Position numbers and translations under genes: made by a program. Shown here piece by piece: positions 26,166 through 39,844 of a DNA stretch of 64,000 bases; the first letter of the stretch is position 1; each line of letters starts with the position of its first letter. The notes under the pieces were generated by a model. It did not search any database, had not been told where the DNA came from, and was given only the letters and a program-made list of their open reading frames with translations. Origin of the DNA: Lama glama (taxonomy: Eukaryota); NCBI GenBank assembly GCA_028534125.1, contig CM052817.1:93498001-93562000 (forward strand), read 5' to 3'.

Positions 26166-28679
26166 CTATAAAAAGTCAGGTATAGATAAAAGGAAGGGGG
26201 ATGAGAAAAAAGGGGGAAGAAGGGAGGAAGAATGAAAGAAAACAAGGAAGAAAATACTGAAAATGACTGCAGTCCAAGCAAAGACCTAAAGCCACAAATG
26301 TAGAATATGCATAAATAACAGGAAATTAACTAATCTGATGGGAGCAGAGTGCATGGAGAAGCAGCAGGAAGTGGGTGCCCTATCACTGAATGAAATCATT
26401 CACAGCGGGGCATAACCACTCCTGCTTCTGATGTTAGATGTGATGTTTTCGTAAACCAGGGGCTGGGGCAATCTGGATTATCTGCTTCCTGGCCCCGCAT
26501 TAGTTTACAGCTTCACTCAATTGAACAAATCTTAATTGAGCAACTACCTTGCCTAACAGCATGCAAAGTACTGTTGAGTAATTCAGAAATAATATGTCAC
26601 TATGCCTTTACGTGGGATTTACAATCTGGACAGCAGAATCTAAAATACCTACAAGAAAAAAAAAAAAAACAGAGTAAAAGGATTAGTGAATCTGCCTTGA
26701 AGTCCACCTCCAAAGCACAGAAGCAATAAGCACTATTTGAATGTCTGGTATTGGCCATATTCTGTACTAAATACTATGATATGCATTCTCAAATTTAGCT
26801 TTCTTTCTTTTTTACTTTCATCTTTCTTTTCTTTCTAGAACTTAATAATCTAGTCAGTGTATAAGTCAAGAGACAAGAAAGAAACCACATTTCAAAATGG
26901 GATTTTAAAAATTTCATTTTAGAGATGGGTAAACTGAGATTGAGAATTTGCCTAGGGTCAGACAAGGGACAATCCGGTCTCCGAACTTTAAAATCACTAT
27001 TTTTACACTGAGCAAAATATAGTCCTTGAAAATTCCAATTTATAGAGATTAAAAAGACTTGTTATTTGGTTGAGAAAATTCTTCCTGAAAAAGGAAACAA
27101 CAGAGTTCAATTTTATGCCAGATAACATGTTCCTTATACTCCAATGCATTTTAAAATAGGTGAGCATTCCATCTGGCTGTAATATTTCCATTTCTATTTT
27201 TCTCCCTACTTTTATGTTTTTGTATTGCTCTTTTTATTTTCTCTCCCTTTCTTTAAAACCATTTTCAATTAAGATTTCTAAATAGATTCCAAATTTGAGA
27301 CACATCTCTAGCAGAAAGCAAATGGCAGGAGTAGTAATTAAGGGACAGCTATGTTTTATCTTTCCAAGGATGAAACAAGTTTTTTTGTTTCTAAGTTATG
27401 AAATCCTAGGGAATTGTTCATAATTTCTTTCCATATATTTTAATAATAGTTAACTGAATTGAAAGATAACTGAATTGATCTAAAAAGGTCAATTTCCTTT
27501 TCCAACACAGATGCTGAGAACCTCTCTTCTGGGATAATCTTAGTTTAACTCTGAATCCTTGAAACCTGTATTGCTGCAGATATAAGATTTCCACATTTTA
27601 TATAAAATCAAATCATTTCTCTGGGTGCTAAAGTAGGCACTACCCCTAGTCATGTTCCTCACTTTCCACCTTTCTAAATTATGAGAATTTTACAAACCAA
27701 GGAGAGTAAGTATTCTCAGTGGAAAGGAATGAGATTCAGAGCAGCTAAGATGCAGACAACATTTTTTTTTTGTAGTTGGTTTTCCTTTGTTTGATTTAAG
27801 AGAACAAGTATTACTAACAGTAAGATTGAAAATTACTTAGTGAGCTCTTACTCCAGTGCTCCTCAGTGGTACTTAAGGCTCTGTTTTCACATGTAAAGTA
27901 TAATCAGGATTTGAAGCAATTAACCACATAATTCAGGTCGAGAAAAATCTTCTGCCTGAAAAAGCTAAACCACCAAAGTAAACATGTCTTTTTTCTCTGG
28001 CTTGAATTATCTAGATTCTAGAAAATTATCTAACATAATTAAATGTGCATAGCCATAAAATAGGTCAAGTTACCTAAAAGCAGGTCAGCCTCAGGAGTAT
28101 GAGGAACCCCACAAAATACATTTTCTTTCCAAGAAAGTTTTGAAACATTTCCTAATGTAAACCTGGAAGTATTGGTTAACCAATATCAAGTTAAATAAAG
28201 GTGCACACTCACACAAACATATACACATATGTGTATACATACATGTATATTTATTACAGAATGTTAATGTGTCTTCAAAGCTCCTGAGAGTGGTATAGTA
28301 TTGAGAAATTTTCAAACTTCCTTGACCCCAAACCATTTTATACAGAACATATCATGGAACTAGTATGCAGACACACTGAGAACCTCTTTGCACTGTCATA
28401 AGCCCTTTACACTTTGGCAGGAGATGTAGGGGGTGGGGTGGGTTTGGTAGATCTGAAAGTTTCTATATTCAGGGGGCCAGGAGAGAAAATCAAATGCCAG
28501 AGCACAGAAATGTCTAGGGGAGGAGGTGGCCACGCAGAGATGCTCTAAAGACACCTTACTGGAGCAACAAAAGCCCTGTGGGACTGAGCCGGTTGCCACA
28601 TTCACGTTCATCCCATTGTCAACCCAGTTTCATCTTATACTTCTCTCCACCTCTGTGACTTTGCCACTATATCCTTTTC

Positions 28680-29050
28680 TTCAGTTATTTTCTTTATTCA
28701 TTGCTGTTCCATCTACCTGGGACTTTTTTCCTTACACTTCAGCTCTTAGTTTAAACACCACCTTCTAAAGACGCACCCCCTGTTTGTCTCGTCTCCAGTA
28801 GATCCCTCCCTTATCTCCCAACATTTTCTCCCACAGAACTTTGCAGTAGCATGTATCACAGTTTTTATTCTTATATTGATCCTTGTCTATCTGTTTCATG
28901 TCACTTCCACTGGACTGCAAGCATCATGAGGGCAGGAATGAATCATGTCTGTTTTGTTCAAGTCTCTAAAATCACTCAGTACCTCAAAGATTAGTGTTTG
29001 CCATATATCAGGCTTTTCATGAATATGTGTTGATTTAATAATGAGTAATA
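28680..29050 (+). mobile_element. L2 3' end
   Basis: cactggactgcaagcatcatgagggcagg...tgtctgttttgttca motif. Confidence 0.7.
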
Positions 29051-29295
29051 ATTATTTGTTCATTACTCCACACTTCTGCCTAGACCTGGCCTAATTGAAG
29101 CTCTCAAAATTAATTTAATGTGCACTTAAAAAACAGTTCCTCTTTAAGATACGGTCAGCCATGCAGTCACATACATTCTAAGACACCGAAGTGGAATTTT
29201 TGTAAAATTTTTTTCTAACAATAGAGGCTGTAAGTTGAAGTAATCATCAGTCTAAACGAACAGTGAGGGTTATTTTCTGAGAATCAGCCTTGTAC

Positions 29296-29361
29296 CTGCT
29301 TTTTTGTTGTCTTCCTCAAACAGCTCAGGTCTTTGATTACTGCCTTGCAGACTTCAGAGCT
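29296..29361 (-). other. INPP4B: Probable INPP4B 5'UTR exon (66 nt)
   Basis: Branch point CTAAC, polypyrimidine tract and acceptor (cctaacattttgtctttcattctttacag|), and donor GCAG|gtacaa. Unique sequence on the same strand as the gene. Confidence 0.65.
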
Positions 29362-29664
29362 CTGTAAAGAATGAAAGACAAAATGTTAGGATTTGGTGTT
29401 TTCACTGGGAACTCCTCTTCTGAAAACACTCCAGGCGAAAATACTTCATTTGCTCGTAATGCCCTTTACTCCAAACTTGAGGACTTACATGATCACAAGA
29501 TCCACGGAATATAGCCGTTTCTGGTTGGTATTCCAAATCGAGCTGCTCTGTTCAGCTCACAGAGGCCACTAGAAGGAACTGCAGCTGGCCCTTATTTATT
29601 TGCTTACCTGAGCCAGGCACTCTTCTAACCTGCAGGGATTAACATATTTACTCCTCACAACCAC

Positions 29665-30215
29665 TGGGTAGGCAAGGGTTAACCCAGCAGGCCTGAAAGA
29701 CTCAAAGGCTTCACATTCCGAAGAAAGGCCTACTTTTAGAATTGGCCCTAGGCCAGCTTCTGGAAGATAACCTCGAGCTCTTGGAATAGTCTGCCTGATA
29801 AGAGAGTGTTTTGAATGCTCGAGGCCTCTGCTCTTCCAGTTTGACCAGATACATTTATGGCGGACACCTGTTTTTGTTGCGGGCAGGGAAGGCTGAAGTC
29901 TGAATAGCTGAGGTCGGTCATCTGGTGCTGCGTGCTTCTGTGACTGACTCTGAATAAAACTCCGGAAACCAGAGCTCTGCGGAGCTTCCCTGGCTGCCCG
30001 CCCTTCACACATGTTGTCTCACATGGTTGCCACGAGAAGTAAGTGTGCCCCCACACTCCACCGGGAGGGACACCTGGAGGTTGGCAGCTGGACTTTGCCT
30101 CAGGTGCCTTTCTCTTTGCTGATTTTAATCCGTAGCCTTTCAGTGGAAGAATCCATGACTGTGAGTCTGTTTTCCTGATTCCAGCAAATCATTGAGCCTA
30201 AGGATGGTCTTGGGG
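29665..30215 (+). mobile_element. Solo LTR, MER21/MER68/MER77 group, inserted in a minus-strand MIR (about 29590-29660 and 30225-30385)
   Basis: Starts gtaggcaagggttaacccagcaggcctg, contains cctgataagag and ends ggtcttgggg. MIR halves flank it on both sides. Confidence 0.7.
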
Positions 30216-32254
30216 TAGGTACCCCGTGTGGTACGTACTATTATGACCCACATTTTATAGACAGAGGAATTGGCAAAGAAAGGTTAGGTGACAGTCAGTA
30301 TCCCACAGCTAGTTTCCGGGGCAGCGTTTCACTTTGAGCCCAATGATCTGGATCCAGAGTTTGGACATTTTACCACTATGCCCTGTGGTTTACCAAAATA
30401 TTTGTTACTATGTGTCATTCAGTAAGTGCATCAAAAATGTCACTTGGTTCTTTTTTCTACTTTATTATCAGGAATGATGATTTTCAAATTGAAAATTTAC
30501 TATCAATTATCAAGAGTTCATTTTATCTGTCAAAAAGAGAGCAATAACTTTTATTGAGTTAAAGTTTTCTTTAACCTCTGTACTGTATTCAGAACAAACT
30601 GTCTTCCAGTCATGTCAGTAACGTAGATGTGACATAAGATTTTGTCACTCACATGCTTGTAGATTTATTCCCATTCTAGATGAAATAGGAGGATGAAAAC
30701 CACAAAGTGTCAGCTTGAACTCATACCAGGTCTTATTTAATTTGGGGAAAACAAAATACCTAATCATAATTTATCTTAAGATCTCTATTTTTTTGGTCTG
30801 ATAGATCCAGAGTTGCTTTTAAAATACATGATAGAAAAAAAAATAGCTTCATAATAGGAGAAAACATGAAGCTAATCACTCAATAGCTACTAAAGAAAAT
30901 GTAAACCATCTACTGATTTCTAAACACAACATATAAAAATAATACACTAGCTACATAGAAAAGCCCTAAGTTTGCTATCGTAAGCTTTTCTTTCAGGTGG
31001 ACTTTGCAAAAAACACTTTGGTCTAATTAATCATTGTCATTAGGTGTCTGAGGTAGGCTTTATTCATTAGACTTTATTTTAACACTTAAACAAAACCATA
31101 ATTCATTCTCTTATCTTTTTGCAACCCACCCTAAGCATTGTGCCCTGTTGTACACACACATTCAATAGTGAATTACAGTGTCTTCTTATCACCCCAACAG
31201 ATTGCACATCTCTTGGTATTTTGAAATGTCATTACTTCTGCAAAGGTAATGCGTCTGCCTTGCTGTGTAGAAGGACAGAGGTCCATGTAGTCTCCTGAGG
31301 TCCACAGTGCCCCAACAAGCTGGTAAAATAGCTTTGAAAAATACAAGGAAAGCATGCGGAGGAAGGGCAACACCTTACACAGTGATGATGAAATGCATAG
31401 ATTGTAAACCGGGTAACTGTGCAAGCCCAAAGAATAAAAGTTTAGGATGCAGAAGGATCAGTTGTGTTATGTGAGCCTGAGTCTTTCATCCTTGTTTTGT
31501 CCCCATTATGTTGTCATTACTTGTCAGCTCCCATTATGCAGCAAGAACCAATGCTGCCCCAAACCCACCAAAGTGTTAGGCACCTTAAATATCCCACCCA
31601 GTCAATGCAAACAAACGCCTTATTTAATACTTCTCATGACCTTCACAATAAATGGTCAAATAGAATACTGGCCTTGATTAGGACATAAAAGTTTTCTTAA
31701 AAAAGAAAAGAGAAAATTTCATTTCAAACAACTTTTGGATGCTAAATTGAGCATTACTGATTAGGAATAAAACATGGAAGATTAAAAAAATGGAATAGCC
31801 TCTATTGGGCTCCACCTATGCTTCTCTGGTTCCCATATCCACTCCTTTGTGGCCCTAAATGGGGCTCTCATGACTCACATTCTGTCTCTCCTCCTACCCC
31901 AGAGTCTTGGTGTGATAGGGATACAGCTAAATTCAGAGCTGGCTGTTTGCCCTTTCCATGTTGCCCCATGAGTGACAGCTGGGTCTGAGATGCCTTGTTG
32001 ATCCCAGACAGCCTGGTGATTCTAGATCAAGTGTCCCCATCAGTGGGAGGTTGTGGGATATTATGCCAAAGGCAGGAGCTAAGTAGGGTGGAGATTAGGA
32101 AAGATTAGGGAGAGAGCATGACAGGTAGGTCAGGAAACTGTATTACAGAGGTCCTCCTCAGTTACGAAAGACTCATATATTTGTCTCCTAGAAGATCCTG
32201 CTTCTGCTTCACAGATGATAACTCCTTCACAGATGATACACATACAATTACCTA

Positions 32255-32301
32255 TTATATGTTATATTATATTATATTACATTATATTATATTATATTAT
32301 T
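32255..32301 (+). repeat. (TATTA)n pentanucleotide microsatellite
   Basis: Directly visible. Confidence 0.9.
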
Positions 32302-32349
32302 AATAACTGTGTCTAAAATAGATGTGAAAATTTAATTGTATCTCAAAAA

Positions 32350-34400
32350 GCAGGTTTTTAAAATCTCACTTTTGTTCTTCAATTTCCATCTTTTATTGTA
32401 AAAATAAAATAGAATTTAGCTGATAATGAGGTCATTCCCAATTGTTGACAATTTTCACATCAACTAAAAAAACTACTAAAAAATTTCTATTAGAATTAAT
32501 AAAATGATTCAAAAAAAGTCTCAGGATTCAATATAAATTTGTAATGATAATTGCTCTGTACAATAGCAATAAACAGAAAGTAAAAATTTTAAAATAAATA
32601 AATGCAACTCCCAATAGCATCAATAATCCTGACTCACTATAGCAGTAACAATAAAATCCTAAAACTACTTATGAATAACTCTGTAAAGACAATTTTAAAA
32701 AGCTATAAAAGAAATAAGGAACTATAACACATGCATGAGTAGGAAATTATTTACTACATAAATATCACTTCTTCCCAAATTAATTTTATGTTTTTAGCAT
32801 AATTCCAGTCAAAATTCTAGTAGGAATAATTAAAGCTTTCTGTTAAAACTTTCTGAAGTTCATTTGAAGAAAGAGTCATGGATCATAAAGAAAATTCTAA
32901 ATATAAATATTAATGACAGATTTTGTTCTAATGATAAAATACATCGTTGTGACACAACATTTAACACAGTGCAGAACTAGCTTAGAAACTGACATACAGA
33001 TTAGTGGGAAAATATAGGTATCCCAGAGACATTCTATTTTATGCATTAATTCAGCATACACTTAATGCCAAGAACTATGCTAGTTATTAAAGAGAAAACA
33101 TAATTCCTACCCTCAGAAAGTTTGATGGGGAAAAAAATAGCTATTTTTATCATGACAGAAATTAATACAAATGGGCATTGGACTTTATGAATGCATATAG
33201 AAAGGGAGCCTCAATTCAGTGTATGATAAAATGAGTATCACCAATTCATGAGAAACTCTTTAATAAATAATGTTGAGATAATCATCCATCTTTTTGGAAT
33301 AAAATCAAATATATCTCATTAGATATAGATATAAACTGCAGATGTATTATGGAATTAAATACAAATGAAATGCAACATTAAAGACAAATAAAAATGGAAT
33401 TGATTATTTATATGCCTCTCTGGAGAGGGCAAGTCTACTCCTGAAACATAAGTGCTAAAAGAAATTAGAAAATGCCTGGTAGATAAGACTAGGTTAAAAA
33501 AAAAAAACTTCTCTAAGTTAAAAAGAAAATTAAAAAGCAAAGCAGATGTGAAATTATTTGCAACAACTGCAAATAATTGCAAATAAACCAAAATCTATTT
33601 TATATAAATAATAAACACCAAAATATCAAAGGATATTTCACAATGAAGAAACAACTCATTGACGAACATATGGAAAAATGTTCATTCTCATTAGTACTCA
33701 AGAAAATAACCATTAAAACAATGATCGACAATATTTCATCTAACAAACCAGCAAAGAATAAAAAATGTTCATCCTTGATGCCATTTTGAAATTGCTTTGA
33801 ATGCCACTTTCTTACAGCCCCTAAGAGCTCTAAAAGTATTCCTACCTTGTCCCAGATAACCTAAGAAGCATTCTCTCCATATATAATTCATACAAGATGC
33901 TCATTTCAGGCACATTCTATTCTAACACCCTCTAAGCCGCCACATCCTTTAGATAAGTGACTGTCAAATATTCATCACAGTATTATAGGCACCATACCAA
34001 GGACATAGAAGGCATGCAATAAATGTCTTGAATGTTGACTAGATGAATTAATGAGCTTGTTTCTTTGTGATTAAAATAAATAAAAGTGTGGTGCTGGCTT
34101 CTCAAAAAATACGTTTTTATATGCCTTGATTTAGTAAATCTGAGTTTCTATTGTAGGGCGGTAATCCTAATTACAGGGGGAAAAAAGGTGTATATATAAA
34201 GAATTACTACAATAGGAAAAATCTAGAAACAGCCTAAATATTCAGCAATAGAGACATCTTTGAAAATATTATGTTATATAAATTTGATGGAATATTATGT
34301 CACCATTAAAAAGAAGAGTTTACAATTCAGGTTTAGAAAGGCTTATGCCAAAATGTTAAATGTGAAAAGCAGGTTGTAAAACTGTACATGTCTTATATAA
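32350..34400 (+). mobile_element. Highly degraded L1ME-type 3' region (interrupted about 33790-34060)
   Basis: Decayed ORF2 motifs in order, ending with gatggaatattatgtcaccattaaaaa. Confidence 0.6.
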
Positions 34401-37096
34401 CAGGCATAGTGTAGCAGGTAAGATTCAGCACGAAATCTCATCTTCATTAATCCTTAACTGTACCTCCATGAATAGGTTACTTAGCTTCTAAGATGTAACA
34501 GCAGTAACAATATTGCTTATTTAAAAGGCTGTTATTTTTGATTAAAAATCAAACTAAATAATCCAAATAGTCTTAATAGCATCTATCATGTAACACATAT
34601 TCAGTAATTACAGATACAGCTTTTATTTGAACTATCAAACAAAAATAAAACGTATTCATACCAGAAAGTCCAGATGCTAATGTATCGATGTACTGGCAGT
34701 AATTTTTGTGTGGTGGGTTTGGCTGTTCACCACCTTTGGAACATCTTTCCTATGTTTGGGAAATTTCCCGGTTAACATGTTTACACATCACCAGGATGGA
34801 TGCCTGAAATCACTTCTCAGTGTTCCTTACATGCAAAGAGTCTAAATTATCCCCAAAGGGACTGATGCTAGAGGAGAACGCTAGGGCGAAAGCCTGTGAC
34901 CGAGGCTTTTCTGATAAGACACTCACGTACAAGGCTTCAGTGCTGAAGCACATGCTTCACTGAAACCATCTGGCAATCCATTCTGAGAGCTGACATCTCT
35001 GCCAGCTTTCAGATGCCGTGGGGGCAAAAGGATCTACCGTCAGGTGAGGATGAGGGTGGTGGAGCCTGCACCAGGGACAGAAACTGGGGGTGAGTCCTGG
35101 AGCGGTGCTCATGTGTATTTGGCTGGGCTTAGAGTTCCTGGCCAGGCAGCCTCCAAGCCTGAGCCAAGGCTCTTTAAGACTTTAATGGATCCCATGCAGT
35201 TCTGCCTTCATCAGCCTTTTCCTCTGTAATACACACACATACACATCCCTCCTTAGATGTATATGGGTATTATATATAGAGAGAGATATGGATATATAAT
35301 CATAGCTTATGACTGTGTTGGTATAAAAACATAGTATCATATAACAAAAATTCTTCCAACCTAAAAAATCATTTTTTTCCTTTCATATTTTTAAAGAAAT
35401 TAAGACATCTTCATGGGTCCGTAAAAGCATTGTTAAGTCGTGGGGACTGCGCCTGTCATCCCTGATAGAGAAAACTCAGCTCCACTTAAAGTTTTCAGAT
35501 GAACTCCTTTATTTGTAAACTAGCTGGAGTCTATTCTGTGCAGCTATGAAACCTGATTATACAGATGACAGAACTACAGTGAAAGTTTTACTTTTGTTCA
35601 ACTTTCTGGAATCCTCAAATTTTTTGAAAAGGTATGTATTCCTTCTTAAAGGGAAACTGATACATGAAGAAATAGAAGAAAATCTGACCAATGAATGCAT
35701 CCTCAATAGTTAGCCTTAAATGACAAACTTTACATGCAGATCTCAGAATCTCAAGCTGGAAAGGGCCTGCAAAGATCCCTGTGGGAAAATGTCATGTGCT
35801 GTCACCCACCTGTCATTTGAATCCTCTCTCTGCTCCCTGACCAAGTTGTCACAGTGATACTGAGCTTAGTAGTTCATGACCTCAGGAAGAAAGTCAGACA
35901 TTCTATCTCTTGATATCTCTTTGACTATTAGAAAGTTCTTCTTTAATATTGAGTCAAAATATATTTATTCCTGAAACTTTCTCTTTTTTTCCCCTGAAAG
36001 CACATCCAACATCTGAGAATTCCTTACGCTCCCATTTTAGATACCCAATAACAACACCTTGGAATCACTGCATAACAACACCCTGGAATCACTGCATAGC
36101 AACCCAACTCAGAAGACTCTTATCCCTACTGCACCCACTTGACACTTTGATCCTGTTTCAGTCTGTCATTTCCCTGAGTAACCCATTGCTCCAAGGAAGA
36201 GACGTGAATGGCTAGACCAGAGGCATTCTCTCTGACTCTTTCTCTTTCGAGCACAAACTCATCATTTTTTTGACTCCCATCAGAGGAAAACAAAATTGCC
36301 CTGGGCTATAGTTTTAAAATAAATTTGGAACCCAATATAAAATTCAGATGTTAGTGTTTTGGAAAGGAAAATCTTTCTGTTTCTCTGCTTTTCTTGAAAT
36401 AGCTAGTCAAAATGAAATAGTGAAACCTCTACAAAACTGGTAATCTGGCAATACAAGATCTGGCAATCTAAGCTCTGGTTCTGAAATCTTATGTAAACTA
36501 TTAAATCCAGATCCCACCATCCCTTGAGGGATAATTCATATTCCTTACATTTAGTGAATAGATTTCTAATAAAGAATTAGATCCCTAAGTCATTAGATAA
36601 TGAAGTAAACTTAAAACTATTGAGCAATGTCATTGCATTTGTATTTAAGATTTCCTTTTAACCAATGGACAGAAGTATTAGGTGGAATTCAAATCAAAAG
36701 TACACCATCATTAGTTATTACCTGATTATCATCAGGTATGTATTTTTTGTATTCTTGGAAACTAACAGATTTAAATGCCCCATGATCACAGACAAGAGTT
36801 GCCCCAACTGAAAAAAAAAAGATTATGATAGACAGTTAGATATCATGTAGACATAAATGAGGACAAAACCTCCACCTAGATTAACTGAAAATTCTTTCCT
36901 TTGATTCATTTGTTCAGAAACATTCTGAGTTTTTGTATAAGGTATGCCAAACCTAGGTTTTGAAATAGCTAACCATGAAATCTCAGTCAGTTGTTAAAGG
37001 TACTGACTCATTGATCCGATCTTCGGCTGGGCGGAGGCAGGGAAGGAGTTCTGTTTTACCACGTCCTTCAGGAACTCAGGTTGAGAGAAATCTCAC

Positions 37097-37150
37097 CATC
37101 TTGCAAGCAAGTGACTTAGTCATCCTGCTTATGGACTTCCAGCAGAGAGA
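37097..37150 (-). other. INPP4B: Probable INPP4B 5'UTR or alternative exon (54 nt)
   Basis: Strong acceptor cctcattctctctcttccccag| and strong donor GATG|gtgaga. Confidence 0.55.
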
Positions 37151-39699
37151 CTGGGGAAGAGAGAGAATGAGGATCACAGGAGACCCCTTTATGAGCCAGG
37201 TCTGGACTGTCCCATGACATGCCTGGGGGCAAGGAGCCTGTGCAGCCAAAACTCTACATCTTGGAAGGGAACCAGGATCTCTGATGGACACCTGGCTGCC
37301 TCCATCACAGTCCCGTAGTGTTAAAGATTTTGAGAGTCCCAGTTAGTTCCAGGCAGTTTGCATACTTTTGTCTGTACCAATGCCAGAGCCTAAATAATGA
37401 AGCAGGTAACATGAAGGATGTAAGGACTTTGGTAAAATTTGCATCAAAAATTGCAGAAATGAGGATAATCAGAAGAATGTGATTATTATAAGCTACAAGC
37501 ACTTGAGAGAGGACAGACAGGGTTCCCGGAGTAATGTAGTTCTGGATGAGATGTGTCAGAAATCTCTTCAGGGCAAAAGTCAAATTAGAAAAGGGAATTT
37601 TTAGGATTGTTATTTTCATAGTCATATAATAGATTATTACATGATATAATAATATGAAAACATTCCTCAGGCTGACATTCAGAACATTTTAAGGTCTGCC
37701 CCTTTTTAGACTTCTTTACAAGTTCTCTGCTTGGAATTTGTCTCAGCCATTTCCACAATGACTTTTGTTTTCTGGTCTCTGCAGATTTCCTGTCTGGAGG
37801 CACCTTTCATCAGGTTGCTACCCAGTGGAACTTCACCAACCCAACAAAGCTTCCTCATATTTATGCCAGAAGAATTGTCTCCCCCTTGGAATGCTCGTAT
37901 TATTTATGTTATGGTGGCTTTTTAATGGGGTTATTTATTTGCTTGTCATCATATGAATCTACTTTTTTGACTCTGCACTATCATATCTCCTCATATGTGG
38001 TTAAGAGATTAAACTGTTACTGAGTGAACAACTGAAAAAGTCAACAGATGTATACATTAAACAAGTGCTTTTTAAACATGTTGCATACAGGAAGATGGTG
38101 ATTCTGGAGTCTCAGTCAGTGTAATTAGTGTGCTCTGTATTTTGAAAAAGCTCCCAGATAATTTGATTCCATCAGCTTTGGGAAAAATCAATGGCTGATT
38201 CTGTTGAACCTGAGGTAAAACTGTTAAGACACATTCCCGACAAAAACCCAACAAGGGCATTGGTTTTAACTACCCCAACATAAACTGATAGAAATGTGAT
38301 TAAGCACTGGAAAGTTTAGAGAGGATTGGGATCTATTTCTTAGAATACGTAGTTAAAACTTTTCAAGAAAGAAGCATTTTTTTTCTGTTTTTGTGTGGTC
38401 TAGTAGATAAGAAGTGGAAAAAAAGACGATTGTGAGTGAACCCCAAAGTAATAATCTTCACAATAACATTACCTTTAGCACCCCCGTGAGAGTGAAGAAA
38501 CAAAAGAAATAGTTAAATATTAGAGAATAAGACATATGGTGGCAATATGTGGGTATTAGTTGAGAAATCATTTTAAATTAAAATAGAGAAAGTCAATAGC
38601 CTATAAGAACCCCAGTGACTGCTTACCAAATCCCTTACTATAAGCCCAGGAAAAATGCATGTTGTGGTTCAAAACCATAGGGCATGGCTAATAAAGGGAA
38701 ACAATGATACTATTGTAAGGGAAAAGGTACACTTTTTTTTTGTTTAAAGTTTAACCATCTTTATCAATTTTGAGATAATACAGCTTTGAAATTTTGCTCT
38801 TTCAAGCAGTTGCAAGCAGTAAATACCACCCCTCAAATGCCATAAACTGTCACCTGTTAAAGATCATCTTTAAAAACACGGAAAGACAGGCAGAGTGAGG
38901 ATGACAGGGAAACCCGCAAAATAGCCTACAGATCGAGTATTATCTAGGAATGAAATGTTTCCCCCCAAAACAACTTTCAAGATTATCTTTCAAGGAATGC
39001 CAAAGCAAATGAAAGCATCTTTTTTTTTTTAATATATCAAAAGAAAAGAGCCAGCTAGAGACTCAGTGAGCCCATGATCATAGTCCATCAAAGATAACAC
39101 TTAGGTTTGGGTGTTAAAAAAAAAAAAAGACAGACTAAATCTGACAGGATACTTTCTTTGAAACAAAGGATGCTAGGAGATACCACATACTGTCCCTCTA
39201 AAACGGTAGATCAAAAGTGTGGAATAAAATAACTACACAAAAATCTAACCATAGCAGTTAGCATTTGGGGGTATGTATTATATACAAATCCTGTGCCTAA
39301 AAATACTATCTCATTAGCCTCCTTGCTTTAGCTGTTTCCATATTAAAAGGGCTGATTGAGACCCAAAATATTAAGGTCAAAAGAACAGGGTCAAGAACTA
39401 AGAACAGACCAGAATGACTTCTCCTAAGGGACATGGGATCTAGAAAGCTACTGAGATACATGCTTTTGTCGAGTTCATAATATGAGCAACAGGCAGATCA
39501 CACATTGAAAATCCCAATGACTCTAGAAAGAGATTTCAGAAACCAGAGTTATGTTTGAGCAGCAAAAGCACAAAGATCAGTGTCAAAAACTCAGAACGTC
39601 ATTGGGTTGGTTTCCATGTGCCTACGTATTTGTAGACGGAAGGCAGGTGTTGTGTTTCCTTAAAGCAGTTGCTCTGGCCTAGGTGAGCCACACCTCCCC

Positions 39700-39844
39700 C
39701 ATATCTACATTTGTAACTTCATGTCAGGGACTTGAAATCAGCCACAGTTGGAGTATTTAAACCTGGAAAATGCACAAATACTAAAAATCAGGACTTCTTG
39801 TTTAGTTTTGTTATTTAGAGAGCCAGCTTACCAGCACATCACTG
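39700..39844. mobile_element. MER63-like hAT element end
   Basis: gacttgaaatcagccacagttggagtattta...gagagccagcttaccagcacatcactg. Confidence 0.55.

Noticed and set aside
29596..30056. Overlapping 138-aa and 102-aa minus ORFs
   Set aside because: They lie within a solo LTR/MIR and show no coding signature.
38465..38512. Possible recursive splice site (pyrimidine tract...ctaaag|gtaatg on minus)
   Set aside because: The pyrimidine tract is separated from the AG by a G-run and the acceptor is AAG. Too weak without nascent-RNA data.
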